Shown here one piece after another: positions 49,727-59,313 of a DNA stretch of 64,000 bases. The DNA comes from Thermaceae bacterium (GTDB lineage: Bacteria; Deinococcota; Deinococci; Deinococcales; Marinithermaceae). Within the stretch, counting starts at the first letter, position 1. Every line of letters starts with the position of its first letter. A program made the translations under genes and the position numbers. The DNA lies in assembly GCA_027067955.1 (NCBI GenBank), contig JAMOUW010000076.1, positions 1,937 through 65,936 of the forward strand. The letters run 5' to 3'. Under the pieces are notes generated by a model that worked only from the letters and a program-made list of their open reading frames with translations, searched no databases and was not told the DNA's origin.

Positions 49727-52417
49727 TTAATCTTCCCAGCGAACCCGGCTACCCTGGGGCGATTTTTCGACCACCAACCGCGCTGGCATCCGCTGCGCTA
49801 GCTCGGGCACGTGGGTGACGACGCCAACCATCCGCCCCTGGGTGGGTAGCGCCTCGAGCACCTCAGCCGCCAGCTCCAGCGCCTCGGCGTCGAGGGTGCC
49901 GAAGCCCTCATCGAGAAAGAGCGCCCCCAGCCGACCGTGCGAAAGGTTCTCCGAAAGCGAGAGCGCCAGGCTGAGCGAGGCCAGGAACGTCTCGCCGCCC
50001 GAGAGCGTCTTGGCCGGCCGCACCGTGCCCGTCCAGAGGTCTTCGACGTAATAAACACCGTCGGTCAGCCGGAAGCGGTAACGGTTTTGCGACAGGGTAG
50101 AAAGCAGTTCCGAGGCCCGCACCAGCATGTCGAGCTGCAGCCGCTCGAGCAGGTAGTCGGGGAACTTGTGACCCTTCAGGTCTTCGGCCAGCTGCTCCCA
50201 GACGCCCACCTTTTGCACCAGCTCGGCGGCCTCCTTTTCAGCCTGGCGCTTCTTCTTCAGGCCGTTTTCCAGCGCGTCCAGCCGCTCCTCGAGCCGGCCC
50301 TGTTCTTTCTCCAGCCGGGCGCGCTCTTCTTGCACCTCCTGCAACCGCTCTTTCTTGACGGCCAGCTCTTTGGGGTCGACCTCCGGCTTACCGGCCAGCA
50401 GCCGCTCCACCTCCTGCAACCGCCCGGCAACGTAGGCCTTCTCCCGCTGCCAGTCTTTGAGCCGTTTTTCCAGCTGCGCCACTTCCTCCGGCCGCCGCCG
50501 CGCCTGCTCGACCTCCTCGACGGCGGCAAAACCGAGCTGCCGCAAAAGGGCGTCTACGCTCTTTTCCAGCGGCTCCAGCGCCTCGGCCAGCGCAGCCTGG
50601 CGTTCTTCGGCGGCGCGCAGAGCACCGGCGGCCTCTTCGACCTGCTCTTGCAGCTTAGCGACCTTGCTGGCCCGTTCTTCCAAAGTCTCTAGCCGTTTGC
50701 GCAGCTCACGGGCGTAAGCAGTGGCCTCGAGACCGCCGGTCTGGGCATTTATCTCCGCCGCCAGACCCCGGCGCATGGCCGCCAGCCGGTCTTCTAGCTC
50801 CGCTAGTTGTGCGGCTTCGACCGGCTCGCCGGCCTCCAAACGCTGCAGGTCTTTTTCCAGCGTCGACAGCTGCCCGTCCAGCTCGCCCAGCTGCCGCTGG
50901 AGGCCCTTGATGAAGCCGCTGGCTTCGGACCAGGCGTCGCGCAGCTGCTGCACCTCGGCTTCTTTCCTGCGCACTTCTTTTTCGAGCTCCGCCAGCACGC
51001 TATCCTCCGCCGGCGGCGGCTCGGTTACCGGCTGCAGACAGAGCGGGCAGGGTTCTCCCGGCTTGAGCAGGTGGCGGTATCCGGCCAGCGAGGCGCGTTT
51101 TTGTTCTTCCGCGTAGCGTTTCTTGAGCTCTTCCAGCTCAGCCGTCGCCCGCTTGCCTGCTTCCGTCAGGCGGTCGAGCTCCTGCTGCTTTTTCTCGCGC
51201 TCCCGCAATAGCGCCTCGCGCCGCTTTTGCAACTCGCTGCAGCGTTTTCGCAACCGCTCGGCCTCGGAGGCCGCTTTCTGCCTATCACGCAGCTCGCGCA
51301 GCCGGACCTCGGTTTTGCGGTAGGCGGTCTCGTCGTAGGCCGCGGCTTCGCCTTCGTCACCCGCCCCGCCCAGTGCCGTCAGCGTTCGCGCTTTGGCCTC
51401 CAATAGCGGCAGGGTGGCTACCTGGCCGCGCAGCGCCTCCAGCTCGTCGGGGTTGAAGGCTTTGCTATGTTTTTCCCATTCTTTCTTCGCCTTGTCATAG
51501 GTGTTTTGCAGCCTATCCAGCTCGCGAGTCTGCCGCGCCAGATTTTCGCGCGCTTGCTGCAAACGCCGCACCTCCGGCAGGGCTCGCTCAGCCGCCCGGG
51601 CGCGTTCTATCCAGCCTTCGACCTCGGCCATCCGCCCGGCGTCGGCCTCTATTACCCGCCGCCGGTTTTCCAGGCTGCGCCGCTCCTGCCAGAGCTCGGC
51701 CGTTTCGGCTAGTTGCTTGATTTCTTTTTCCAGCTTCTTGATCTCGCCGGCCAACCGTTCGCGCTCTTTTGCCAACTCTTGCAGTTCGTCGCGGGTCGAC
51801 TCAATGGCCGCCTCGTCCACCTCGGCAAACTGCTCAGCTTGCGTCTGCGCCTGTACCAGCTTTTCGCGCAACTCGTTCAGGCGCTCAACGGCTCGTTCGC
51901 GCAAATCCGCCAGCCCACCCAGTCCGTAGAGCGAAAAGAGCAGCTCGCGCCGCTCACGACTGTCGCCCTTCAAGAAGGCGTCGAAGCGGCCTTGTGGCAG
52001 CAATATAGCGCGGGTGAAGGCGTCGTAGTCGAGGCCCAGGAGTTTTTCGACGGCGTCGTTGAGGGTCTTGATCTTCTCCGAAGCGCTCGACAGCTGCCAG
52101 CCGGCGCCCACCTGCTTTTCCAGCCGCGCCTCGGTCTTTCCGGCAATCACCCGCGTTACCCGCCAGACCTCCTCGCCCAGCCGGAAGACCAGCTGCACCC
52201 AGGCCTTGTCCGTACCGGGGTTGAGCAGCGCCTTGAGCCCCTTGCGCCCCATACGCGGCGTCTCGCCATAGAGGGCGAATGTGATGGCGTCGAGCAGCGT
52301 CGTCTTGCCGGAACCGGTGGGTCCGGTAATGGCGAAGAGTTCGACGTCGGAAAAATCGACCGAAGCGTGGCGAGCGAAGGAGCCAAACCCCTCGAGGTCG
52401 AGCCTAAGCGGACGCAT
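49727..52417 (-). CDS. sbcC: SbcC/Rad50 SMC ATPase
   Basis: GPTGSGKT, LPQG, coiled coils with central CPLC zinc hook, LSGGE and FLDEGFG. Confidence 0.95.
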   Translation of the reverse strand: MRPLRLDLEGFGSFARHASVDFSDVELFAITGPTGSGKTTLLDAITFALYGETPRMGRKGLKALLNPGTDKAWVQLVFRLGEEVWRVTRVIAGKTEARLEKQVGAGWQLSSASEKIKTLNDAVEKLLGLDYDAFTRAILLPQGRFDAFLKGDSRERRELLFSLYGLGGLADLRERAVERLNELREKLVQAQTQAEQFAEVDEAAIESTRDELQELAKERERLAGEIKKLEKEIKQLAETAELWQERRSLENRRRVIEADAGRMAEVEGWIERARAAERALPEVRRLQQARENLARQTRELDRLQNTYDKAKKEWEKHSKAFNPDELEALRGQVATLPLLEAKARTLTALGGAGDEGEAAAYDETAYRKTEVRLRELRDRQKAASEAERLRKRCSELQKRREALLREREKKQQELDRLTEAGKRATAELEELKKRYAEEQKRASLAGYRHLLKPGEPCPLCLQPVTEPPPAEDSVLAELEKEVRRKEAEVQQLRDAWSEASGFIKGLQRQLGELDGQLSTLEKDLQRLEAGEPVEAAQLAELEDRLAAMRRGLAAEINAQTGGLEATAYARELRKRLETLEERASKVAKLQEQVEEAAGALRAAEERQAALAEALEPLEKSVDALLRQLGFAAVEEVEQARRRPEEVAQLEKRLKDWQREKAYVAGRLQEVERLLAGKPEVDPKELAVKKERLQEVQEERARLEKEQGRLEERLDALENGLKKKRQAEKEAAELVQKVGVWEQLAEDLKGHKFPDYLLERLQLDMLVRASELLSTLSQNRYRFRLTDGVYYVEDLWTGTVRPAKTLSGGETFLASLSLALSLSENLSHGRLGALFLDEGFGTLDAEALELAAEVLEALPTQGRMVGVVTHVPELAQRMPARLVVEKSPQGSRVRWED

Positions 52418-53567
52418 GGCCCTCCTCGTAGAGCTCGCGGAAGGCGGCCAGCATTTCTTCGGTCTGCTGCAGGCCGCGCACCTCGCGCAGGTAGCGTTCG
52501 TAGGCTTCCGGCCAGCTCAAGGTTTCGACCCTGGCCGCCGCCTCGGCCAGCGGGTCGGGGGCTTCGAACTCGAAGCGGACCTCGAGCAGGTGCGGGTTGT
52601 CCTGGTAGAGCCGCTCGCGCAGAGCGCTGTTGGCCGGGCCGGCGATTATTAGCTTGGCGTAGCCGGGCCAGTTCTCCACCTCGGTCAGGCGACGGTCGAG
52701 CTGGTTGGGGTCCAGACGGAAGGTGCGCAGCGGCTTGCCCCAGCCAGGGTTGATAGGGTGAACAATGGGCGGCCGGTCGGGCTCCAGCTCGACCAGCAAG
52801 ACGCCGCGCTCGGCGTCTTCGCCCTCGCCAAAGTCGAGCTGCACCAGCGAACCCGAATACCAGGCCGCCGGCGCGTCCGATACCTTCTGCTGTCGGTGGA
52901 TGTGGCCCAGGGCAACGTAGGTGGCGCTGGTGGGCAGGTGTTCCGGCTCGACCGCGTAACTGTTGCCGACGTAAAAACTGAACTCTCCCCCGCCCAGCTT
53001 TAGGTTGGCTCCGGCGATGGTCAGGTGAGCGACGAACAGGTTTATCTGGCCGGGCGCAAAGCCGGCGGTCAGGTTGGTGATGAGCTTGCCAACGGTCTCC
53101 GAGTAGCCGTGCTGCCAGCTGCCCTCGCTTTCCTCCAGAAGCTGCGCCGCCTTGACCGCGCGCCGCTCGGAAAGGAAGGGCAGCAATGCCGCCCCGCCCC
53201 AGTCGCGCCGCACCGCACCGCCCTCGCCGCGCACCCGCACCTCGCCGCGAACGTGCGCCCCGGTAAGCTCCAGCAGCGGCGCCAGCGCCTCCAGGCGCGG
53301 CCGCGAATCGTGATTGCCGCTAATGACCAGCGCCGGCACCCCCAGCTCGCGCAAGCCCAAAAAGAACTCAAAGGCCGCCGCTTCGGCCTCAGCACCCACC
53401 CGGGGGCGGTCGAAGAGGTCGCCGGCGACGACCACCAGGTCTACTTTTTCTTCGCGTACTATCCGCAGGTGGTCTTCGAGCGCGGCGGCGATCTCTGGCG
53501 TTCGGTCGGTGCCCTTGAGCACCTTGCCCAGGTGCCAGTCGGCGGTGTGGAGAACGCGCAAGGCCAT
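52404..53567 (-). CDS. sbcD: SbcD/Mre11 nuclease
   Basis: HTADWHLG, AGDLFD, SGNHD and ALGHIH motifs. Confidence 0.95.
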   Translation of the reverse strand: MALRVLHTADWHLGKVLKGTDRTPEIAAALEDHLRIVREEKVDLVVVAGDLFDRPRVGAEAEAAAFEFFLGLRELGVPALVISGNHDSRPRLEALAPLLELTGAHVRGEVRVRGEGGAVRRDWGGAALLPFLSERRAVKAAQLLEESEGSWQHGYSETVGKLITNLTAGFAPGQINLFVAHLTIAGANLKLGGGEFSFYVGNSYAVEPEHLPTSATYVALGHIHRQQKVSDAPAAWYSGSLVQLDFGEGEDAERGVLLVELEPDRPPIVHPINPGWGKPLRTFRLDPNQLDRRLTEVENWPGYAKLIIAGPANSALRERLYQDNPHLLEVRFEFEAPDPLAEAAARVETLSWPEAYERYLREVRGLQQTEEMLAAFRELYEEGHASA

Positions 53568-53576
53568 GGTTAAATC

Positions 53577-55307
53577 CTATAGCCCCAGCTCGTCCTTCAG
53601 CGTTTCGTCGGAAACTTCCTGGGCTACCTCTTCCGCCTTGGTCGCCCAGGCCGGGTAGGGGAACTGGACGGCGATCGGCACCGGCACCTCGGGCTGATGC
53701 AAAATCATCGTGCCCTGTGGCAGTATCAGCGCCCGGTCGCGGAAGGCTCCCGGCAGGTAGCGGTATTCAGGCCGCTCGGCCTCGGCGGCGTCGAGCCGGC
53801 CGACCACCCTGATAGCGGCGTTGCCCACCACCCGCCGCTCAACCTCGCTGGCCGTCTGCTGAGCGCCGATGAGGATGACCCCCAGCGAGCGGCCGCGCTC
53901 GGCGATGTCGAGCAGGATGTCTTTGATGGGGCTCTCGCCCTCTCGCGGGGCGTACTTGTTGAGCTCGTCGAGCACCACGAATACCTTGCCCCGGTGGCTC
54001 CCCGACTCCTTGGCGGCAAAAACGCGGCGCAAGAGCGCCCCCACCACGAACATCTGCGCCTGCGGGCTGAGGTTGTGAATGTCGACGACGTTTATTTGTG
54101 CCGAGCTTCCCAATGGGTCCGGGGCGTTGCTCGGGGCGTCTCCGCGAATCAAATGGCCTACATTGCGGCCGGCGGCGCGCAGGCGGCGGATGAAGGCCTG
54201 CAGGGTGCCGGTGTGCTGGCGAGCGGTCCAGAGCGGGTCGCCCTTCGCCTCCTCGCCTTCGGATTCGTCGCCTAGTAGCTTGAGCTCAATGTAGTCGACC
54301 AGGCGGGCAAAGCTGTCTATTTTGGCCTTACCCAGCGAATCGAAACTGCCAGCCTCCCCTGCCGCCCCCCCAGGCCAGTCGTCTACGTAGACTTCGGGGC
54401 CCTGCTGGCCGCGGGCCAGCGCCGCCAGGCGTGCGGTTACGTGGTCGATCAAAAAGCCCAGGTTGCTCATCACCCCGCGGTCGGTGAAAAGAAATGGCAA
54501 GAGGCCGCCACGGCAAAAGTCGGCCAGCGACCAGTGGTAGGGCCGCACCCCTTCGGCGCGGCTGCTGCTGGCCACCAGATGGCCCTGGCCCTGGGCCAGC
54601 CGCGGCGGGGCGAAGAAGGCGGCGCTGGCGAAGGGTTCGGGCTCGAGCCCTAGCTGCCGGTAGCGCTCGCGCTCTTCGGGCTCGAGCTGGCGGTTGGGCT
54701 TGTCGAGGTAGAAGAGATCCTGCCCCTTAACGTTGAAGATGAGCGTTTTGGCGCTGGCGGCGTCGCTGAGAACACCGGAGTTGTAGAGGCCGTGCAGCAA
54801 GAAGAGGGCGTAGCTGGTCTTGGCGGCGACGCCTGAGATGCCGGAGATGTTGACGTGGCCGCCCTGGCGACCGTCGAGGAAGGCCAGGTTGACGTAGGCC
54901 GGCTCGCCGTTGCGCATGAAGCCAACCGGTAGTTTTTGCTTCATGCGGTCGTAGTAGAGGGCGTTTTCCAGCGCCTCCTCCCGAGCCAGGTAGACCGGGC
55001 TGCCCGGGTCGGGCGGCAGGTATTCTTCCGGCTCGAGCCGGGTCACGGTTACGTGGGCGACGTAGGCGGTGTTGGTGGGTATCAGGTCGCTGGCCGCCAG
55101 GAAGGTGTCGGAGTCGAACTGGGTGCCCTCCAGCACCTTGTGCACCCGGTCAACCATGCCGTAGTAGCGGACCTTTAGCCCGCCGTGGTCGGCCTCGACC
55201 CAGACGACGTCGTCGAGCCTGACCAGGCCCTCTTGAATGCCAATCCAGAACTCCAGCGGGGTCGCCTCGCGGCTGCCGAGGACGACGCCAATGGCCTCTT
55301 GCTTCAT
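53577..55307 (-). CDS. herA: HerA hexameric DNA translocase
   Basis: N-terminal HAS-barrel-like region, variant Walker A GISGVAAKT, Walker B VVLDELNKY, ERGRSLG and AQQ. Confidence 0.88.
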   Translation of the reverse strand: MKQEAIGVVLGSREATPLEFWIGIQEGLVRLDDVVWVEADHGGLKVRYYGMVDRVHKVLEGTQFDSDTFLAASDLIPTNTAYVAHVTVTRLEPEEYLPPDPGSPVYLAREEALENALYYDRMKQKLPVGFMRNGEPAYVNLAFLDGRQGGHVNISGISGVAAKTSYALFLLHGLYNSGVLSDAASAKTLIFNVKGQDLFYLDKPNRQLEPEERERYRQLGLEPEPFASAAFFAPPRLAQGQGHLVASSSRAEGVRPYHWSLADFCRGGLLPFLFTDRGVMSNLGFLIDHVTARLAALARGQQGPEVYVDDWPGGAAGEAGSFDSLGKAKIDSFARLVDYIELKLLGDESEGEEAKGDPLWTARQHTGTLQAFIRRLRAAGRNVGHLIRGDAPSNAPDPLGSSAQINVVDIHNLSPQAQMFVVGALLRRVFAAKESGSHRGKVFVVLDELNKYAPREGESPIKDILLDIAERGRSLGVILIGAQQTASEVERRVVGNAAIRVVGRLDAAEAERPEYRYLPGAFRDRALILPQGTMILHQPEVPVPIAVQFPYPAWATKAEEVAQEVSDETLKDELGL

Positions 55308-56248
55308 ACCGCCTCCCGTTTTATGTATTCCAGCAAGCGCCGCCGCACCAGGGCCGCGCTGCCCAGCCGGCGGCCTAGCTCGCGCTCGAGCGCCCCCACC
55401 GGCACCAGGTTTTGCGGAGCGCGCGGGTCGCGAAAAGGCCGCGAAGCCAGGCGCGGAAAAATAGCGAGCGAAACCGGCGCCAGCTCCAGCGCTTCGGCCT
55501 CGGAGGCCGCCGTTTCGACGCGCAGCAAGGTGGCCGCGGGCACATATGGCCGCTCCGGCTCCAGCGGCAAGCGTAAATACCAGGAATAAAAACGCTGCTC
55601 GCCGCGGCTGAAGGTAAAAACCGGCGTCCGCTCCCCGGCCGCCAGCTCTCCCAGCAGGCCGGCGTGCTGCGGACCCAGGTAGGCGCGATGGTGCGTCTTG
55701 GCGAAGCCCAGCCGCCCGCGCGTCTGCGACGGCGGCAGCCGGTGCAGTGGCCCGTCGTGGAGCACCAGTGCGCCTGGATAACGGGCCAGTACTCCCTCGC
55801 CGATGCCCATCTCCAGCGCGCCGCGCCGCTCCATCGCCGCCGCCCGCAACGCCTCCGGCTCGCCCTCAGCCTCGACCAGTTCGTAAACCAGGCCCGGCGC
55901 CACCACCAGCTCCGCCGCCGGCCAAACCCCGGGCGGGGCCACCAGGTAACGGCTCAGCCCGAACGACTCATCGTCGTAAACGGCCCCTTCGGGCAGCAAG
56001 CCGACCGCGCCAACCGCCACGCTCACCAGCAGCGCCGGGGCGTCGTCCAGATAGAGCAGGGCGTCGGTCCGGAAGCGGCCGTCGACGAAAAAGACCGGGC
56101 CGTTCCAGTCGACCCGCTGGTTCTTGATCTCCCAATCGCCATCGGCCGCCAGCGGCTCCGCCTGCAGGTCGGCCAGCGGCTGCGCCAGCTGCGCTTCGGG
56201 AGCGGCGTATTCCGGGCTCCAAACGTCGAGGCGGAGGCGCGGTTTCAT
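55304..56248 (-). CDS. nurA: NurA nuclease
   Basis: FFVDG, LHDGPL, GFAKT and DPRAPQNL..LERELGRRLG motifs; ATGA-coupled to herA; TATGAT 7 nt before ATG 56248. Confidence 0.85.
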   Translation of the reverse strand: MKPRLRLDVWSPEYAAPEAQLAQPLADLQAEPLAADGDWEIKNQRVDWNGPVFFVDGRFRTDALLYLDDAPALLVSVAVGAVGLLPEGAVYDDESFGLSRYLVAPPGVWPAAELVVAPGLVYELVEAEGEPEALRAAAMERRGALEMGIGEGVLARYPGALVLHDGPLHRLPPSQTRGRLGFAKTHHRAYLGPQHAGLLGELAAGERTPVFTFSRGEQRFYSWYLRLPLEPERPYVPAATLLRVETAASEAEALELAPVSLAIFPRLASRPFRDPRAPQNLVPVGALERELGRRLGSAALVRRRLLEYIKREAV

Positions 56249-56255
56249 GGAACCC

Positions 56256-56293
56256 ATCATACTAGGAGCGCTCGTTATGTATCAAACATAACG
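56256..56293 (-). promoter_or_regulatory. nurA promoter with RDRM-like operator
   Basis: TTGATA (56280-85) N18 TATGAT (56256-61). The -35 lies inside the perfect palindrome CGTTATGT-ATCAA-ACATAACG. Confidence 0.7.
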
Positions 56294-56342
56294 CCATGAT
56301 CAAAAACCGCACCGTTCGCGGTTTCTCAATACGGGTCGGTGA

Positions 56343-57443
56343 CTATTTCTTCTTCAATTCGGCCAGGGCCTTCTTCGCCTGCTCGTGTTCAGGGGCAAGC
56401 TCGAGCGCCCTCAGCAGTTCGGCGCGGGCCGACTCGCCGTCGTTGGCGGCAAGCAACGCCTCGGCCAACCAGTAATGGTAGTCGGCGTTGTCCGGGGACA
56501 ATTTGATGGCCTTGGTGAAGTTCAAACGCGCTTCCTCCACGTGTCCGAGATCCAGGTGAGCGCGCCCCAGGTAGAAGTACGCCTCCGGGTAACCCAGGGG
56601 ATCGAGCTCCACCGCTTTCTCCAGGGCGTCGATCGCCTGTTCGTACTTCTTGCGCATGTAGCGTACCTGCCCGAGATTGAGCCAGGTGCTGGCATTCAGC
56701 GGGGCCAGCTCGGCCGCCTTGGCCAGCGCCTGCTCCGCGTCAATCAAACGACCCTTGACGGCCAGGACCTTCCCGTAAAGAAGCTGCAGCTGCGGCGACG
56801 CCGGATCCAGCGCCACCCCCTGAGAAAGCATGTCCATTGCATCGTCGAGTCTGCCCTGGGAAAGATACACCTGAGCCAGATTGTAGCGCACTACCGGATC
56901 ATCGGTGGCGATCTCCATGGCTTTCTTGAATGCTTTTTCCGCCTTCTCGAGATCTCCCTTGTACTGATATATGAGCCCGCGCTGGTTGTATATCGGGTGA
57001 TAGTTGGGATCCACCCGTTGCGCGTCGTCGAGTATCAGCAGCGCTTGATCCAAGAACTTCTTCGCAACGTCCTTGTCCTCCGCGTACAGGTAACGATCGG
57101 TGTACGCCTGCGCCAGGGCCACGTAAAGCGGCGCATAATTGCCGTCGATGGCGATGGCGCGCTTGAGGTTTTCGATTGCCGCGGTGAACTGGTGCATCTT
57201 CAACTGAGTACGCCCCAGACCATAAAGGGCGTACACGTTGTTGGGCTCTTTTTCCAGGGCACGCCGGAAAGCGATCATGGCGGCGTCATATTCGCCCGAA
57301 GAGTAGTACACGTCCCCAACCAGCAGGTACGCCTTGACGCTTGGCTCCTTCTTTTCGGGCTGGGATTCCTCCGACTGGGCCCAGGCCGATCCGACAAGAA
57401 CCAGGGCTAGTGTAAACAGCAAAATCCAGGACCTTTTTCGCAT
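56343..57443 (-). CDS. exported TPR-repeat protein
   Basis: Signal peptide followed by multiple TPR repeats (A..L.P....Y..LG). Confidence 0.88.
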   Translation of the reverse strand: MRKRSWILLFTLALVLVGSAWAQSEESQPEKKEPSVKAYLLVGDVYYSSGEYDAAMIAFRRALEKEPNNVYALYGLGRTQLKMHQFTAAIENLKRAIAIDGNYAPLYVALAQAYTDRYLYAEDKDVAKKFLDQALLILDDAQRVDPNYHPIYNQRGLIYQYKGDLEKAEKAFKKAMEIATDDPVVRYNLAQVYLSQGRLDDAMDMLSQGVALDPASPQLQLLYGKVLAVKGRLIDAEQALAKAAELAPLNASTWLNLGQVRYMRKKYEQAIDALEKAVELDPLGYPEAYFYLGRAHLDLGHVEEARLNFTKAIKLSPDNADYHYWLAEALLAANDGESARAELLRALELAPEHEQAKKALAELKKK

Positions 57444-57453
57444 GGCTGACCTC

Positions 57454-58713
57454 CTATAGGATGTAGCGCGACAAATCTTCCGACTCCAGAACCGAAGCCA
57501 GGCGCTCTTCTACGTATTCCTTGGTGATTTCAACGCGGCCGAGTTCTATCTGGAAGCTTACTTCCTCAAGCAGATACTCGAGCACCGTGGCAAGCCGGCG
57601 CGCGCCGATGTCCTCCAGCTCCCGGTTTGCCCGGTAGGCCATCCCGGCCACCGCCCTGATGGCGTCGTCGGAAAATACCAGCTCCGTGCCGTCGGTGGCC
57701 AGCAACTCTGTGTACTGTTTTATGAGGGAGTTCTCGGTATGGCGCAGGATACGCTCGAAATCTTCGGCCGTCAGCTCGGCCAGCTCTACCCGAATGGGGA
57801 AGCGCCCCTGCAGTTCTGGGATCAGATCGCTGGGCTTGGCTACATTGAACGCCCCGGCGCCTATGAACAAAACGTGCTCCGTGGATATGGTTCCCAAACG
57901 GGTATTCACCACCGTGCCCTCGACGATGGGCAGCAGGTCGCGCTGCACACCCTCCCCGGAAACGTCGGGCCCCTGCATCCCCGATGAGCCGGCTATTTTG
58001 TCGATCTCGTCAAGAAAGACGATACCGTCCTCCTGAGCTCGCCGCACCGCCTCCTGGGTTACCTCTTCCTTGTCCACCAGACGCTCGGCCTCCTGGTTCT
58101 TGAGCACCTCGCGCGCCTCTATCACCCGCATGCGCTTGCGAACCGGGCGCCTGGGCAGCAGGCCGGAAATCATGTCTTGCAAACCCTGCATCTGGTTTTC
58201 CATGCCGCCGAGCATACCCATGAACGGAAGTTTTGGCTCCTCGGGCACTTCTATTTCCACGTACTCCTGATCGTAAAGACCCGACTCTACGTCTTGGTGG
58301 GGAACGTTGAGCATCTGCGCCAGCTGGCGGTTAGACAATCGCGCAGCAACGGCCGCCACCTTCTCCGTTTTCTCACGCATTACAAGCTGGTAGGCCACTT
58401 CGGCAAGATCGCGCACGATCGAATCGACGTCGCGCCCCACATAACCCACCTCGGTAAACTTGGTTGCCTCAACCTTCAGAAAAGGCGCCCCGGAAAGCCG
58501 CGCCAGCCGCCGGGCGATCTCGGTTTTGCCAACGCCGGTGGGGCCGATCATCAATATGTTCTTTGGGCTCACCTCACGGCGCAGTTCGGGTGCCAACTTC
58601 TGGCGCCGGTAGCGGTTGCGCAAAGCCACCGCCACCGCCTTTTTTGCCTCCTGCTGCCCGATCACAAACTTGTCCAGTTCGGCAACGATCTCGCGCGGCG
58701 TCAGCTCGGTCAC
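57454..58713 (-). CDS. hslU: HslU ATPase subunit
   Basis: GPTGVGKTE, TKFTEVGYVG, DEIDK and GVQRDLLP motifs. Confidence 0.95.
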   Translation of the reverse strand: MTELTPREIVAELDKFVIGQQEAKKAVAVALRNRYRRQKLAPELRREVSPKNILMIGPTGVGKTEIARRLARLSGAPFLKVEATKFTEVGYVGRDVDSIVRDLAEVAYQLVMREKTEKVAAVAARLSNRQLAQMLNVPHQDVESGLYDQEYVEIEVPEEPKLPFMGMLGGMENQMQGLQDMISGLLPRRPVRKRMRVIEAREVLKNQEAERLVDKEEVTQEAVRRAQEDGIVFLDEIDKIAGSSGMQGPDVSGEGVQRDLLPIVEGTVVNTRLGTISTEHVLFIGAGAFNVAKPSDLIPELQGRFPIRVELAELTAEDFERILRHTENSLIKQYTELLATDGTELVFSDDAIRAVAGMAYRANRELEDIGARRLATVLEYLLEEVSFQIELGRVEITKEYVEERLASVLESEDLSRYIL

Positions 58714-59255
58714 GCGCCACCCCCTACCTGCAACACCGTGGCGTTGCCGCCCGTGTACAGGTCGATCTCGGCGGCTATTCCCAGGGAGCGCTCAGCAATC
58801 TCGGCCGCATCCAGGGCTGTTTCACGATACAGCGCCTTTGCCGCAGCCAGTGCGTACGGAGCGCCGGAGCCGACGGCGACGAGCGGCTCGTCCGGCGCAA
58901 TTACCTCTCCGGTACCCGACAGCAGCAAAATCTCGCTTTCGTCGGCGGCTATCAGCATGGCTTCCAGCTGCCGCAGGATGCGGTCGGTACGCCAGAGTTT
59001 GACGGTTTCCACCGCGGCCCGTTTGAGCGAGCCCCTGGCCAGATCGAGCTGTTCCTCGAACTTCTCCAGCAGAGTGAGCGCATCGGCGACCGCACCCGCA
59101 AAACCCACGAGTACGCGATCCTCCAGCTTGCGCACTTTTACGGCCCCCTGCTTCATAACGGTTTCACCGAAAGTGACCTGACCGTCACCGGCGATGGCGG
59201 TTTTGCCGTTCCTGTGCACCGCCAGGATTGTAGTGCCGTGCATGCGCTCCATCAT
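58710..59255 (-). CDS. hslV: HslV protease subunit
   Basis: HGTTIL, GDGQVT, GFAG and GSG motifs. Confidence 0.95.
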   Translation of the reverse strand: MMERMHGTTILAVHRNGKTAIAGDGQVTFGETVMKQGAVKVRKLEDRVLVGFAGAVADALTLLEKFEEQLDLARGSLKRAAVETVKLWRTDRILRQLEAMLIAADESEILLLSGTGEVIAPDEPLVAVGSGAPYALAAAKALYRETALDAAEIAERSLGIAAEIDLYTGGNATVLQVGGGA

Positions 59256-59313
59256 GCAAACCGTACCCTTGCATACTTAGGCGGGGGTGAGAGTAAGAAC
59301 CGCCAGCAGCGCC

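Noticed and set aside
53577-55307. HerA as part of an anti-phage system (Sir2-HerA, DUF4297-HerA) or inactive because of its odd Walker A
   Set aside because: Its partners are NurA and SbcCD, and GISGVAxKT is the known Walker A variant of this bacterial HerA clade.
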